Shown here in pieces: positions 63,201 through 64,000 of a stretch of DNA of 64,000 nt (positions are counted from its first letter, which is position 1; each line of letters opens with the position of its first letter). The position numbers were made by a program, and so were the translations under genes. This DNA comes from the human T2T-CHM13v2.0 reference genome, Homo sapiens. The notes beneath the pieces were generated by a model. It was given only the letters and a program-made list of their open reading frames with translations, was not told the origin of the DNA and did not search any database. The DNA lies in NCBI RefSeq assembly GCF_009914755.1, contig NC_060942.1; one strand, 5' to 3'.

Positions 63201-64000
63201 AAAGAGCGGGCATTAACAAGCTAGACCTTAAGACATCCCTTAGGTGATTAAGGGGCTAAGCTGGCAGGATGTGTGCAGGTCCCCCTTCTGAAAGCTGTGC
63301 GGGAGCTGGGACTGCTCAGTCAGCTCCGCCTCCAGCTCAGGGAAAAATGCACAATGACTCATCTTCCTCCTAGCCAGGACCAGCAGGCGCCGAGGGAGTG
63401 TCTGCAAGCCTTTCCTCCGCACTGGGCAAAGTGTAGCTTCTCATGATGAAGAAAATCAACCTTCTTTGTGCCAAGAGCGAGTCCTGTGACATTCTTTTGC
63501 CCCAGGGTCTGTACTATGAGGGGAGTCCTGAACCCTGAGTTCAGAATTTTATCCTGCCTACAATCCTATGCGAAAATCTTCAGCCTTGGTATTTAGCATT
63601 CCATAAAATACCAAACCTGAGAGGGAATTTGGGGGTTTTCCCATGATTACCTGAGGGCAGGGCAGACACTGCACAAAGTGTCACTGAGTTCAATAGACTT
63701 CTGTGAGTGATCAGGACTAGATATCACAGAGTGAAAGAGAGGACTTTGACCTTTGACTTTTCCTTGGGTACTCCACCCCAATCTCAGTGCCTTCCCCTCC
63801 TCACTCTTCCCTGGCCTGTGCAAAGGCTCCAGGCTTTTTCTGTGGTTTCCACCACACCCTCCTGGAGCCTGATCTTGGATTTCTCACTTGCAACCCACCA
63901 GGCAACCGTGTAAGGGAAAATCAGCAGTTTCACTGCAGTCTGAGCTGGCACAAAATACAGGTCACAAAGACCCTGCTAATAAAACAGGATGTGGTAAAGA

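Overview
Primate (very probably human) genomic DNA. It opens with an intronless BOD1 retrogene whose protein I recognise as BOD1L2/FAM44C: CDS 174-692, with the parental UTR retrocopy ending at AATAAA 1437-1442 and an A-rich remnant near 1477. From recall this locus is human 18q21.31. The remaining ~62 kb has no further protein-coding gene I can support. It is rich in repeats: Alus, a ~6.8 kb decayed L1M on the minus strand, two long CR1/L3 relics, MaLR and ERVL LTRs, L2/MIR, MER5/MER53/MER119 DNA transposons, and microsatellites. I found no new multi-gene system. The most notable structural signals are: (i) a cryptic ~1.36 kb inversion (14089-15452) that splits an MST LTR and is bounded by 11-bp inverted microhomology; (ii) a ~265 bp, ~97% identical dispersed copy of an MLT1 LTR interior 2.1 kb from its donor; (iii) a polymerase-theta-like templated micro-insertion; (iv) a MER53 hairpin possibly inside an extended BOD1L2 3' UTR; and (v) candidate homeodomain/ONECUT and REST regulatory elements. 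Repeat subfamily names and many boundaries are by-eye estimates.
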